Positions 29,127-38,306 of a DNA stretch of 64,000 nucleotides are shown one piece after another (the stretch's first letter is position 1; each line of letters opens with the position of its first letter). The notes beneath the pieces were generated by a model, which ran no database searches, was not told the origin of the DNA, and saw nothing but the letters and a program-made list of their open reading frames with translations. The translations under genes and the position numbers were made by a program. Location: NCBI GenBank assembly GCA_041905405.1, contig JAYRLC010000023.1:15-64014 (forward strand), written 5' to 3'. The DNA is from Ramlibacter sp. (GTDB lineage Bacteria > Pseudomonadota > Gammaproteobacteria > Burkholderiales > Burkholderiaceae_C).

Positions 29127-29345
29127 TCACAGGCGGTCCTCATCACGGGCGATGGCGGTGTCGGGTGTCAGGCCCGGCCGCTTCAGAAAGCCGCGCATGG
29201 ACTTCATGCTGCGCGAAGGAATGATTTCGACGCGGTCGCCATACCCGATGACGTGCATGCGGTCGCCCGGCGACAGCTGCAGCGCCGTGCGGATCGACTG
29301 CGGAATGACGACCTGGAACTTCGGAGAGAGTGTGACGGTTTCCAT
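29127..29345 (-). CDS. vapB: AbrB/SpoVT-fold VapB antitoxin
   Basis: METVTLSPKFQVVIPQSIRTALQLSPGDRMHVIGYGDRVEIIP. Confidence 0.85.
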   Translation of the reverse strand: METVTLSPKFQVVIPQSIRTALQLSPGDRMHVIGYGDRVEIIPSRSMKSMRGFLKRPGLTPDTAIARDEDRL

Positions 29346-29396
29346 ATCGATCAATATATCGTTAAACGATCGCTCCCGCAAACCCGGCGGCGGGTC
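29346..29396 (-). promoter_or_regulatory. AT-rich vapBC upstream region with palindromes (ATCGTT-A-AACGAT at 29358..29370; ATCGAT)
   Basis: Read directly. This is the only non-coding gap (51 nt) between pncC and the vapBC-MFS string. Confidence 0.4.
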
Positions 29397-29885
29397 TTAC
29401 CCCGTCAGTTCATGCAGCCGCCGCAGCGCGTGCGCCACGGTGGCCGCGCGCACGGCGGCGCGGTCGCCGCTGAAGTGCTGCTTCTCGCTGGTGAGCCCGC
29501 CGTTCACCGAAAAGCCGAACCACACCAGCCCGACCGGTTTGTCCGGCGTGCCGCCACCGGGGCCGGCCACGCCGGTCACGGCGACGCCGGCCTGCGCCCG
29601 CGAATGGCGCACGGCGCCGAACGCCATGGCGCGGGCCACGACCTCGCTTACCGCGCCATGCGTTTCGATCAGCGCGGGGTCCACGCCCAGCATTTCGGTC
29701 TTGGCCTCGTTGGAATAGGTGACGAAGCCGCGCTCGAACCACAGGCTTGAGCCGGCCAGGTCGGTGCAGGCGGCCGCGATCAGGCCGCCCGTGCAGCTTT
29801 CGGCCGTGGCCATCATCCAGCCGCGCGCCTGGAGCGCACCGGCCAGCGCGGCAACCCTAGACGGGATGGGGGATGCGTCGTTCAC
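29397..29885 (-). CDS. pncC: nicotinamide-nucleotide amidohydrolase (CinA C-terminal domain)
   Basis: ...MATAESCTGGLIAAACTDLAGSS..FERGFVTYSNEAK... GTGA overlap with pgpA. Confidence 0.85.
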   Translation of the reverse strand: MNDASPIPSRVAALAGALQARGWMMATAESCTGGLIAAACTDLAGSSLWFERGFVTYSNEAKTEMLGVDPALIETHGAVSEVVARAMAFGAVRHSRAQAGVAVTGVAGPGGGTPDKPVGLVWFGFSVNGGLTSEKQHFSGDRAAVRAATVAHALRRLHELTG

Positions 29886-30421
29886 CAGAACCTCCACAGC
29901 GCCATGACCAGCAGCGTGCAGCCCGCGGCCACCAGGTCGTCGAACATGATGCCGAAGCCACCTCGCCAGCCAAAGCCCTTGAACAGGCCGTCGGCCCAGC
30001 GCACGGGCCCGGGCTTGGCCGCGTCGAAATAGCGGAACAGCAGGAACGCCGCGCCTTGCGCCCACAGGCTGGCCGGCATCACCAGCCACAGCACGAGCCA
30101 GAACGCCACGATCTCGTCGATCACGATCTGGCCGGGATCGGCCACGCCCATGTGCCGCGCCGTGATCACGCTGGCCCACCAGCCCAGCAGGAAGGTGGTG
30201 ACGATCAGCAGGCCCCACTGCCATGCCGTGGGTTCGAACACATAGCCGATGCACAGGAACGCGAGCCAGGCCCACAGCGTGCCGGCGGTTCCGGGCGCCT
30301 TGGGGCTCAGGCCCGAGCCCAGGCCCAGCGCGAAGAAGTGCGCGCCGTGGCGCAGCGCAAAGCCGGCGCCCGCGCGACGGAGCGGCGCGGGCGGGGCGGT
30401 GGTGGTGTCGTCGGTGGACAT
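29882..30421 (-). CDS. pgpA: phosphatidylglycerophosphatase A
   Basis: ...GLGSGLSPKAPGTAGTLWAW..., ...VIDEIVAFWLVL..., FRYFDAAKPGPVRWAD. Confidence 0.9.
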   Translation of the reverse strand: MSTDDTTTAPPAPLRRAGAGFALRHGAHFFALGLGSGLSPKAPGTAGTLWAWLAFLCIGYVFEPTAWQWGLLIVTTFLLGWWASVITARHMGVADPGQIVIDEIVAFWLVLWLVMPASLWAQGAAFLLFRYFDAAKPGPVRWADGLFKGFGWRGGFGIMFDDLVAAGCTLLVMALWRFW

Positions 30422-30430
30422 GGCGGGGCT

Positions 30431-31327
30431 TTAGATGCTGCCGAACCATTCGGCCCAGTAGTCGATGCAGGCGCGGATCTTGGGCAGGCGGTGGCGCTGG
30501 GGAAGCATCATCGCGTAAATCGGGAAGCGCTGCGCGTCCACGTAGCTGTCCAGCACCGACACGAGCCGGCCCTGGCGCACCAGCGGCTTGGCGATCAGGT
30601 CGTTGCAGCGGCAGATGCCCAGGCCACCCAGCACCATGGACATCATGATGCCGGTGGATGCCGTGCGGTAGTGGCCCTGCTGCGGCCGCAGCACGGCTTG
30701 CCCGTCCAGCAGGAACGGCCAGCGGTTCAGGTGCAGCGCCACGCTGTTGGTGATGAGCCGGTGCGCGGCGAGTTCGTCGGGATGCTGCGGCGTGCCGTGG
30801 GCGGCCAGGTAGTCGGGGCTGGCGTACAGGTAGCGCGTGTGGCTGCCGATCTCGCGCGCGATCACCGCGTCGGTCTGGATCGTGCCGGTGCGTATCGCCA
30901 TGTCGATGCCTTCGCGCGCCATGTCCACCAGCCGGTCGTCGGCATGGATGTCCACCTGCAGACGCGGGTGGCGTTCGGTCAGGCCCGCCAGCCCCGGCAC
31001 GATCAGGAAATGCGCCATGGCCGGGCTCACGGCCAGCCGCACGGTGCCGCCGACCTCGCGCGCCTTGCTGGCGAACTCGGCCTCCATCTCGGTGATCGTG
31101 CCGGCCATGCGGTGGCAATAGTCCAGGAAGGTTTCGCCCTCGGGCGTGAGCGCCAGGCCGTGGGTGGAGCGGTGGATCAGCCGCGCGCCGCAGGCCTTTT
31201 CGATGCGGGCGAGCGAACGCGACACCTGGCTCACCGGCACGTCGCGCTCGCGCGCCACGGCCGACAGCGTGCCCAGTTCGGCCACACGCGCGAACAGCGC
31301 CAGATCGTCGAATGCCAGGTCCCTCAT
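30431..31327 (-). CDS. LysR-family transcriptional regulator
   Basis: MRDLAFDDLALFARVAELGTLSAVARERDVPVSQVSRSLARIE HTH. The stop lies 9 nt before the pgpA start. Confidence 0.9.
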   Translation of the reverse strand: MRDLAFDDLALFARVAELGTLSAVARERDVPVSQVSRSLARIEKACGARLIHRSTHGLALTPEGETFLDYCHRMAGTITEMEAEFASKAREVGGTVRLAVSPAMAHFLIVPGLAGLTERHPRLQVDIHADDRLVDMAREGIDMAIRTGTIQTDAVIAREIGSHTRYLYASPDYLAAHGTPQHPDELAAHRLITNSVALHLNRWPFLLDGQAVLRPQQGHYRTASTGIMMSMVLGGLGICRCNDLIAKPLVRQGRLVSVLDSYVDAQRFPIYAMMLPQRHRLPKIRACIDYWAEWFGSI

Positions 31328-31451
31328 GACGGCAATGGTAGTGCGGCGGCGGCGGGGTCTTGCGTGCACCGCAACAGGCCTTTGCGCGGACACGGCTTTC
31401 CGCAGGCGGCCCTGCGGCCTACAGTGGCCGTTCCTGCCGAAAGGACGCTCC

Positions 31452-31859
31452 ATGCCCACGCTGCACCTGCGGGTTGCCCCGCTCCAGAACCCCGAACGCT
31501 ACGAGACGCTGGCCGCCGCGCTCACGCGCATCACGGCGGACGTGCTGGGCAAGCGCGCCGACGTCACGGCCGTCACCATCGACGACCTGCCCGCGGCACG
31601 CTGGTACGTGGGCGGGCGTGCCGTGCAGCGTCCCGCCGCGACGCTGGAGATCACCATCACCGCCGGCACCAACACGCCCGCGCAGAAGGCCGCGTTCGTC
31701 GAGGCGGCTTTCGCCGAACTGCGCCGGCAACTGGCCGCAGGCGGCGAGCTGGAGGAAGCCAGCTACGTGACCGTGCGCGAGGTGCCCGCCGCCGACTGGG
31801 GCTATGGGGGCCTGACGCAGCAGCAGCGCCAGCTCGCGCGCATGCGGCTGGCCGCCTGA
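31452..31859 (+). CDS. 4-oxalocrotonate tautomerase-family protein (fused/tandem type)
   Basis: Met-Pro start (MPTLHLRV), about 135 aa, divergent from the LysR gene. Confidence 0.7.
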   Translation: MPTLHLRVAPLQNPERYETLAAALTRITADVLGKRADVTAVTIDDLPAARWYVGGRAVQRPAATLEITITAGTNTPAQKAAFVEAAFAELRRQLAAGGELEEASYVTVREVPAADWGYGGLTQQQRQLARMRLAA

Positions 31860-31874
31860 TCCGAAGGCGCTGCG

Positions 31875-32801
31875 TCAGCCGCGGGTGCGGCCCAGCTCGT
31901 CACGCAGCACCTCGATCAGCGCGCGGCCAGCCGGCGGGATCGACCGGCCGCGGCGCGTCACCACGAAGATGTCGCGCGACACGCGCGGCGCGGCCAGCGG
32001 CTTGACCACCAGCGACGCGTCGCCGCTGCGGGTGGCGAACGCCGACGGCATGATGGCCGCGGCCATGCCGGCGGCCGTCATCCACAGCGCCGTGGACAGG
32101 AAGGCGACCTCGTTGACCACATCCAGCCGCACGCCGGCCTGCGCCGCCGCGCCGTCGATCAGCGGCCGGATGCCATAGCCCGGCCGCACGGTGATGATGG
32201 GGTGGCCCGCCAGGTCGGCCCAGCGCAGCGTGCGGCGCGCGGCCAGCGGGTGGCCCCGCAGGCACACCAGCGCCAGGTGGTCGCGCACCAGGGTTTCGGT
32301 GTCCACGTCGGCGCCCGCGCGCTCGGGCGTGCCGATGCCAAAGTCCACGTGTTCGCCGATCACGCGGCCCACGAACTGGTCGGGCGCGCAGTCGTCGATC
32401 TCCACACGAATGTGCGGATGCTGTGCGCCGAAGCGCCGCATGGCCGCGGGCAGCAGGATTTCGGCCAGCGTGGGCGTGATGGCCAGCGCCACCCGGCCGC
32501 GCCGCAGTCCGCTCAGGTCGCGCAGCCCCGCGCCCAGCGAGTCCACGTCGCGCAGGATGCGCTGGGCGACCACGACCGCCTCATGCGCGGCCTGGGTGGG
32601 CTGCAGCGACCGCGTCGTGCGGTCGAACAGGCGCGCGCCCAGCCCCTCCTCGATCTGGCGGATCAGCACGCTCACGGCCGACTGCGTGACCGACAGCCGC
32701 TGCGCCGCCGCGCCCAGTTTGCGCAGCTCGTACACGGCGACGAAGGCGCGCAGCTGCCGCATGCTGGGCGTGAACTTGCTCGCGGGCGCAGGTTGATTCA
32801 T
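31875..32801 (-). CDS. LysR-family transcriptional regulator
   Basis: MRQLRAFVAVYELRKLGAAAQRLSVTQSAVSVLIRQIEEGLGARLF HTH. Confidence 0.9.
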   Translation of the reverse strand: MNQPAPASKFTPSMRQLRAFVAVYELRKLGAAAQRLSVTQSAVSVLIRQIEEGLGARLFDRTTRSLQPTQAAHEAVVVAQRILRDVDSLGAGLRDLSGLRRGRVALAITPTLAEILLPAAMRRFGAQHPHIRVEIDDCAPDQFVGRVIGEHVDFGIGTPERAGADVDTETLVRDHLALVCLRGHPLAARRTLRWADLAGHPIITVRPGYGIRPLIDGAAAQAGVRLDVVNEVAFLSTALWMTAAGMAAAIMPSAFATRSGDASLVVKPLAAPRVSRDIFVVTRRGRSIPPAGRALIEVLRDELGRTRG

Positions 32802-32816
32802 GAATAAACATCATAT

Positions 32817-32847
32817 TTCATTCGAAATATTTCGATTTACGAATGAA
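32817..32847. promoter_or_regulatory. nested palindromes in the AT-rich LysR/Bug divergent region (TTCATTCG..CGAATGAA; TCGAAATATTTCGA)
   Basis: Read directly. The outer arms are 32817..32824 and 32840..32847. The inner 14-bp palindrome is 32822..32835. It is a LysR-box-like T-N11-A context. Confidence 0.45.
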
Positions 32848-32893
32848 TGAGTGTTGATTCCAATCAAGGACAACAACATCAAGGAGACATCCC

Positions 32894-33883
32894 GTGGTTC
32901 GTTCCCGACTGATCTGCGCGCTGGCCGTCGCGCTTGCGCTGGGTGGCGCGGCGCTGTTGCCCGCGCACGCGCAGAAGACCGACTTTCCCAACAAACCCAT
33001 CCGCGTGGTGGTGACCTTCCCGCCCGGGGGCAGCGCCGACGCCGTGGTGCGCATGCTGGTGCCCCGGCTCAACGACAAACTCGGGCAGCAGGTGGTGGTG
33101 GACAACCGCCCCGGCGCGGGCGGCAACATCGGCCTGACGGTGGTGGCCAAGGCGGCGCCCGGCGACGGCTACACGCTGGGTGTGGGGGCGGCGGGTGCAC
33201 TGGCCGCCAACAGCAGCCTGTATTCGCAGATGCCGTTCGACCCGCTGAAGGACCTCAAGCCGGTGAGCATGCTCGCGGCCATTCCGTTCGTGATCATCGG
33301 CAACCCGGCGGTCGCCGCCAAAACGCAGAAGGACCTGATCGCGCTGGCCAAGTCGCAGCCTGGCAAGCTGTCGCTGGCGCACGGCGGCAACGGCACGGCC
33401 ATGCACCTGTCGGCTGCCCTGTTTGCGCAGATGGCGGACGTGAAGCTGGTCGAAATCCCGTACAAGGGCTCCGGTCCCGTGGCGCTGGACGTGCTGGCGG
33501 GCCAGGTGCCGCTGGGCGTGGTGGACCTGCCGTCGGCGTTGCAGCACATCAAGGCCGGCAAGCTCACCGCCTATGCCGTGACCAGCCCGCAGCGCCTGCC
33601 CATGCTGCCGGACGTGCCCACCGTGTCCGAGGCGGGGCTGGCGGGCTATGACTCCACCGGCTGGTTCGGCGTGGTGGCGCCGGCCGGCACGCCCGACGCC
33701 GTGGTGGCGCGGCTGAACGCCGAAATCACGGCCGCGCTGAACGACGAGGCTATCAAGTCCGCCATGCGCAACCTGGGCGTGGAGCCCGCGCCCGGCACGG
33801 CCCAGGCGTTTGACGCGTACATCCGGTCCGAGACGCAGAAGTGGTCCCGGGTCATCAAGGCCGCCAACATCAAGGCCGAATGA
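32894..33883 (+). CDS. Bug-family (TctC-like) substrate-binding protein
   Basis: Signal peptide followed by PIRVVVTFPPGGSADAVVRMLVPRL. Confidence 0.85.
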   Translation: MVRSRLICALAVALALGGAALLPAHAQKTDFPNKPIRVVVTFPPGGSADAVVRMLVPRLNDKLGQQVVVDNRPGAGGNIGLTVVAKAAPGDGYTLGVGAAGALAANSSLYSQMPFDPLKDLKPVSMLAAIPFVIIGNPAVAAKTQKDLIALAKSQPGKLSLAHGGNGTAMHLSAALFAQMADVKLVEIPYKGSGPVALDVLAGQVPLGVVDLPSALQHIKAGKLTAYAVTSPQRLPMLPDVPTVSEAGLAGYDSTGWFGVVAPAGTPDAVVARLNAEITAALNDEAIKSAMRNLGVEPAPGTAQAFDAYIRSETQKWSRVIKAANIKAE

Positions 33884-33884
33884 C

Positions 33885-35612
33885 ATGGTGGATACGCTGA
33901 AGACTGCACCGCTGGAATGCGACGTGCTGGTGGTGGGCGCAGGCCCCGTGGGCCTGACGCTGGCCATGGACCTGGCCGGGCGCGGCGTGAAGGTCGTAGT
34001 GGCCGAAACGCGCCGCTACGCCGAGCCGCCCAGCGTCAAGTGCAACCACGTGTCGGCCCGCACCATGGAGCAGTTTCGCCGCCTGGGCGTTGCGCACAAG
34101 CTGCGCGGTGCCGGGCTGCCGGCCGACCACCCGAACGACGTGGTGTTCCGCACCAGCGTGACGGGCCAGGAGCTCACGCGCATTCCCATCCCCTGCCAGC
34201 GCGACCGCTACACCGAGACCGAAGGCCCGGACGCCTGGTGGCCCACGCCCGAGCCGCCGCACCGCATCAACCAGATCTACCTGGAACCCATCCTGCTGGA
34301 ACACACGGCGGCGCTGCCCGGCGTGACGCTGCTCAACCGCACGCAGGTGACAGGCTTCACCCAGGACGGCGGCGGTGTGCAGGCGCAGACACTGGACCTG
34401 GATACCAACGGCGAGCGCACGATCCGCGCCCGCTACCTCGTCGGCTGCGATGGCGGCTCGTCGGGCGTGCGCAAGCAGATCGGTGCGAAGCTGGAGGGCA
34501 CGGCCGTGATCCAGCGCGTGCAGTCCACCTTCATCCGCGCGCCGGGTCTGCGCGCGCTGATCCCGGGCAAGCCCGCGTGGTCGTACTACGCGGTCAACCC
34601 GCGCCGCTGCGGAACGGTGTTTGCCATCGACGGGCACGAGACCTGGCTCGTGCACAACCACCTGAACCCCCACGAGCCCGAGTTCGATTCGGTGGACCGC
34701 GACTGGGCGATCCGGCAGATCCTGGGCGTGGGCGAGGACTTCCGGTATGAGGTGATCAGTAAAGAAGACTGGGTGGGGCGCCGCCTGGTGGCCGACCGCT
34801 TCCGCGACCGCAACGTGTTCATCGCGGGCGATGCGGCGCACCTGTGGGTGCCCTACGCAGGCTACGGCATGAACGCGGGCATTGCCGATGCGATCAACTT
34901 GTCCTGGTTGCTGGCCGCGCGCATCCAGGGCTGGGCCGGCGAGGCGATCCTGGACGCCTACGAGGCCGAGCGCCAGCCCATCACCGAGCAGGTGTCGCAT
35001 TTCGCGATGGACCATGCGCAGAAGATGATCCGCGCGCGCAGCGCCGTGCCGCCCAACCTGGAGGCGCCCGACGCCGCGGGTGCGACCGAACGCGAACGCA
35101 TCGGGCGCGAATCGTATGACCTGAACGTGCAGCAGTTCTGCTGCGCGGGGCTGAACTTCGGTTACTACTACAGCGGCTCGCCCATCATGGCGGGCGACGG
35201 CGAACCGCCACCGGCCTACACCATGGGCGGCTTCACGCCGTCGACCGTGCCGGGTTGCCGTGCGCCGCACATCTGGCTGCCGGACGGCCGCTCGCTGTAT
35301 GACGCTTTCGGGCCGGGCTACACGCTGCTGCGACTGGACGCGCGGGCCGACACGGCGCCGCTGGTGGCCGCGGCGCAGGCGCGCCGCATGCCGCTGCAGG
35401 TGCTGGACCTGCAGGCCGTGCAGGACATGCCCGAGGCCTACCGGCACCGGCTGGTGCTGTGCCGGGCGGACCAGCACGTGGTGTGGCGCGGCGACGCGCT
35501 GCCGGCCGACGCGCACGCACTGGTCGGCCTGCTGTGCGGCGTCAGCGCTGCAGCAGGTTCTTCATCACCGCCCGCAGCTTTGCAGGCGGCACCGGTTTGT
35601 ACAGCAGCATGA
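33885..35612 (+). CDS. FAD-dependent aromatic-ring monooxygenase (PheA/TfdB-like)
   Basis: CDVLVVGAGPVGLTLAMDLAGRG dinucleotide fold and FIAGDAAHLWVPYAGYGMNAGIADA. The 3-prime end overlaps the convergent kinase gene by 71 nt. Confidence 0.85.
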   Translation: MVDTLKTAPLECDVLVVGAGPVGLTLAMDLAGRGVKVVVAETRRYAEPPSVKCNHVSARTMEQFRRLGVAHKLRGAGLPADHPNDVVFRTSVTGQELTRIPIPCQRDRYTETEGPDAWWPTPEPPHRINQIYLEPILLEHTAALPGVTLLNRTQVTGFTQDGGGVQAQTLDLDTNGERTIRARYLVGCDGGSSGVRKQIGAKLEGTAVIQRVQSTFIRAPGLRALIPGKPAWSYYAVNPRRCGTVFAIDGHETWLVHNHLNPHEPEFDSVDRDWAIRQILGVGEDFRYEVISKEDWVGRRLVADRFRDRNVFIAGDAAHLWVPYAGYGMNAGIADAINLSWLLAARIQGWAGEAILDAYEAERQPITEQVSHFAMDHAQKMIRARSAVPPNLEAPDAAGATERERIGRESYDLNVQQFCCAGLNFGYYYSGSPIMAGDGEPPPAYTMGGFTPSTVPGCRAPHIWLPDGRSLYDAFGPGYTLLRLDARADTAPLVAAAQARRMPLQVLDLQAVQDMPEAYRHRLVLCRADQHVVWRGDALPADAHALVGLLCGVSAAAGSSSPPAALQAAPVCTAA

Positions 35613-37836
35613 GGCCGCTGCGGCGCACGTCGCGCGCGGTTTGCAGCGACGTGTCGCCCGTGAGCAACAGCGCCGGCAGGTTGGGGCGCAGCCGCGCGCG
35701 CAGCCGGCGCACGACCTCGGTGCCCAGCTCGCCGTGGTCCAGCCGCAGGTCGGAGATGATGATGTCCGGCGCCGCGCTCTCGCGCGCGAGCAGCGCCTCG
35801 GCCTGCGGCCCGGAGCCGGCCATGATCACCTCGCAGCCCCAGCGTTGCAGCAGGATGGCCGTGCGTTCCAGGATCAGCGCGTCGTCGTCCACCAGCACCA
35901 CGCGCACCCCGGCGAAGGTGTCGGGGCTCGCGTCGTCCTCGGCCAGCAGGTCTGGCTCGGCCTGCGCGGTGGGGGACAGCTGGCCCAGCGGCACCTGAAG
36001 CGCAAAGCGCGACCCGCGGCCCAGCACCGAGTCGAGCTGGACGGTGTAGCCCAACAACTGCGTGCAACTTTGCACGATGGCCAGTCCCAGGCCAAGGCCG
36101 CCACGGTTGTCGCCATCGCGCTCGACGCGGAAGAACTCGCGGAAGATCGCCTCCTTGTGCTCGGGCGCAATGCCCAGGCCCGTGTCCCAGACCTCGATCT
36201 GCAGCGCCTGCCCGCGCTTGCGGCAGCCCAGCACGACGCCGCCGCTGTCGGTGTAGCGCAGCGCGTTGGACACCAGGTTGGCCACGATGCGCTCCAGCAG
36301 CGCCGGGTCGCTGAACACCACGGCGTCGCAGCGCACCACGCGCAGGTGCAGGTTCTTCTTTTGCGCCACAGCCGAGAACGCGCGGCGCACCCGCTCCAGC
36401 ACCGGCTGCAGCGGGAACGCCATGAGGTTGGGTGCGATCAGCCCGCTTTCCAGCCGCGAGATGACAAGGATCGCGTCCAGCAGCGACTGCGTGGAATGCA
36501 GGGCCGATTCCATGTGTTCCAGCAGGGGCGCGACCTGCGGCGGCAGCGCTGCAATGCTCTTGAGGTCGTCCAGGAACAGGCCCAGCGCATGCATGGGTTG
36601 GCGCAGGTCATGGCTCACGGCGGCCATGAACCGCGACTTGGCCGCGCTCGCGCGTTCAGCCTCGCTTTTCTGCGCGGACAGCGTGGCCAGCTGCTGCAGG
36701 CGCTCCTCGCGCTGCCTGAACTCGGTCAGGTCGGTGACGATCGCCAGCGTACCGGCGTGCGCGCCATCCTTGCCGTACACGGGGTAGCGGGTCTGCATGG
36801 TCAGCACGGCACTGCCGTTCTTGCGGCGCAGCGTCACGGCGGCGCCGTCGTCCTGCGCCCCGTTGCCGTCCTCGGGCTGCAGCGGCGTGTCATGGACCAG
36901 GCTGGACAGCAACTGGCCGGTGAGCTCGGCTTCCGGGTAGCCCAGCATGGCGGCCACGCGCCGGTTGGCGAAGGTGATGCGTCCTTCGGCATCGGTCATC
37001 AGGATGCCGTCGCGGCCGCTGTCCATGATGCGGCGAAATCGCTCCTCGCTGCCGCGCAGCGCCGCCGCGGCGCGTTCGCGTGTGCTCACGTCCTTGCCCA
37101 GCCCCCGGTAGACCAGCCGCTCGCCGTCCGATGCCACGGGCACGCCGCTGATGCTGATGTGCAGCGACTCGGCGCCGTCGGTCGGGTAGCGGATCACGAA
37201 GTCGTGATACGGCTTGCCCGCTGCCTGGGCCTCCCGCAGCACGGCCCAGTCCGCCTCGGCGCCGGCGCGGGCCAGGTCCTCCCAGGTGCGGCCCAGCAGG
37301 GCGGCCGGATCGATGCCGCATTTTTCCGCGAAACCCTCGGACAGGTAGGACAGACGCCCCTGCAGGTCCTGTTCCCAGTACCAGTCCGATGACAGGTCGG
37401 CCAGGCTGCGAAAGCGCGCCTCGCTGATGCGCAGCGACGCCTCGATCGCCTTGCGCTCCTGCGCATACTTCATGGTCTTGACCAGCAGCCGGCCGGACAG
37501 ATCGTTCTTGACCATGTAGTCCTGCGCGCCGGCTTTCACGGCCGACAGCGCGAGCTGCTGGTCCTCGTTGCCCGTCAGCACGATGACGGGCAGCGCCGGC
37601 GCCCGGCTTTGCAGCTTGTACAGCGTCTCAAGCCCGAAACTGTCCGGCAGCGACAGGTCCAGGAACACCACATCCGGCAGGCCTGACTCCAGCGTGGCCA
37701 GCGCGTCTTCCAGCGATTCGGCGATCTGCATGCTGAAGGCGGCGCGGCCGATCTCGTCCACCAGCAGTTCGCGGATCAGCCGCGCGTCGCCGGGGTTGTC
37801 CTCGACCAGCAGGATCTCCTGAACGCCGTCCTTCAT
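35542..37836 (-). CDS. hybrid sensor histidine kinase (REC-PAS-PAS-HisKA-HATPase-REC)
   Basis: ILLVEDNPGD...FLDLSLPD receiver, two PAS units, H-box FMAAVSHDLRQPMHAL, N/G boxes, and a C-terminal receiver ...IISDLRLD.... Confidence 0.9.
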   Translation of the reverse strand: MKDGVQEILLVEDNPGDARLIRELLVDEIGRAAFSMQIAESLEDALATLESGLPDVVFLDLSLPDSFGLETLYKLQSRAPALPVIVLTGNEDQQLALSAVKAGAQDYMVKNDLSGRLLVKTMKYAQERKAIEASLRISEARFRSLADLSSDWYWEQDLQGRLSYLSEGFAEKCGIDPAALLGRTWEDLARAGAEADWAVLREAQAAGKPYHDFVIRYPTDGAESLHISISGVPVASDGERLVYRGLGKDVSTRERAAAALRGSEERFRRIMDSGRDGILMTDAEGRITFANRRVAAMLGYPEAELTGQLLSSLVHDTPLQPEDGNGAQDDGAAVTLRRKNGSAVLTMQTRYPVYGKDGAHAGTLAIVTDLTEFRQREERLQQLATLSAQKSEAERASAAKSRFMAAVSHDLRQPMHALGLFLDDLKSIAALPPQVAPLLEHMESALHSTQSLLDAILVISRLESGLIAPNLMAFPLQPVLERVRRAFSAVAQKKNLHLRVVRCDAVVFSDPALLERIVANLVSNALRYTDSGGVVLGCRKRGQALQIEVWDTGLGIAPEHKEAIFREFFRVERDGDNRGGLGLGLAIVQSCTQLLGYTVQLDSVLGRGSRFALQVPLGQLSPTAQAEPDLLAEDDASPDTFAGVRVVLVDDDALILERTAILLQRWGCEVIMAGSGPQAEALLARESAAPDIIISDLRLDHGELGTEVVRRLRARLRPNLPALLLTGDTSLQTARDVRRSGLMLLYKPVPPAKLRAVMKNLLQR

Positions 37837-37847
37837 GGGCGGGCTCC

Positions 37848-38306
37848 TCAGTCATCCGCCTTGGGTGGCAAAGTGACCAGGGCCAGCCAGAAGCGGTCGA
37901 TCGACCGGATCACTTCGATGAAATTGTCGAAGTCCACAGGCGACTTGGTGACGTAGCAGTTGGCGTACAGGTCGTAGCTGCGCAGGATGTCTTCCTCGGC
38001 CTTGGACGTGGTGAGGATCACGACGGGAATGCGCCGCAGCTGCGGCTGCGTCTTGATGTGCTGCAGCACCTCACGGCCGTCCATGCGCGGCAGGTTAAGG
38101 TCCAGCAGGATCAGGTCGGGCCGCACCGCGTCGCCGTGCTTGCCGCGCCGGTGCAGGAAGTCCAGCGCTTCCACGCCGTCCTCCACCCAGTGCAGCTTGC
38201 ACAGCACCTTGCCCTCGCGCAGGGCTTCCACTGTCAGACGCATGTCGCCGGGGTTGTCTTCCACCAGCAGGATGTCCAGGGGCTTGGGCGCTACGTCAAT
38301 GTTCAT
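37848..38306 (-). CDS. single-domain CheY-like response regulator (Rcp1-type)
   Basis: ILLVEDNPGDMRL...LILLDLNLPRMDG...VVILTTS...YVTKP. ATGA overlap with the giant kinase stop. Confidence 0.9.
   Translation of the reverse strand: MNIDVAPKPLDILLVEDNPGDMRLTVEALREGKVLCKLHWVEDGVEALDFLHRRGKHGDAVRPDLILLDLNLPRMDGREVLQHIKTQPQLRRIPVVILTTSKAEEDILRSYDLYANCYVTKSPVDFDNFIEVIRSIDRFWLALVTLPPKADD

Noticed and set aside
29886-31118. N-terminal 410 codons of minus-strand ORF 29397..31118.
   Set aside because: This is an R/P/G-rich shadow frame running across pgpA and the LysR gene. Only the C-terminal 162 codons, from the GTG at 29885, match the CinA/PncC domain.
35542-35612. 71-nt convergent overlap between the monooxygenase 3-prime end and the hybrid kinase 3-prime end.
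   Set aside because: This is probably unremarkable in GC-rich genomes. The monooxygenase tail (..GVSAAAGSSSPPAALQAAPVCTAA) looks like read-through into non-conserved sequence. I could not see any frameshift or sequencing issue by eye.
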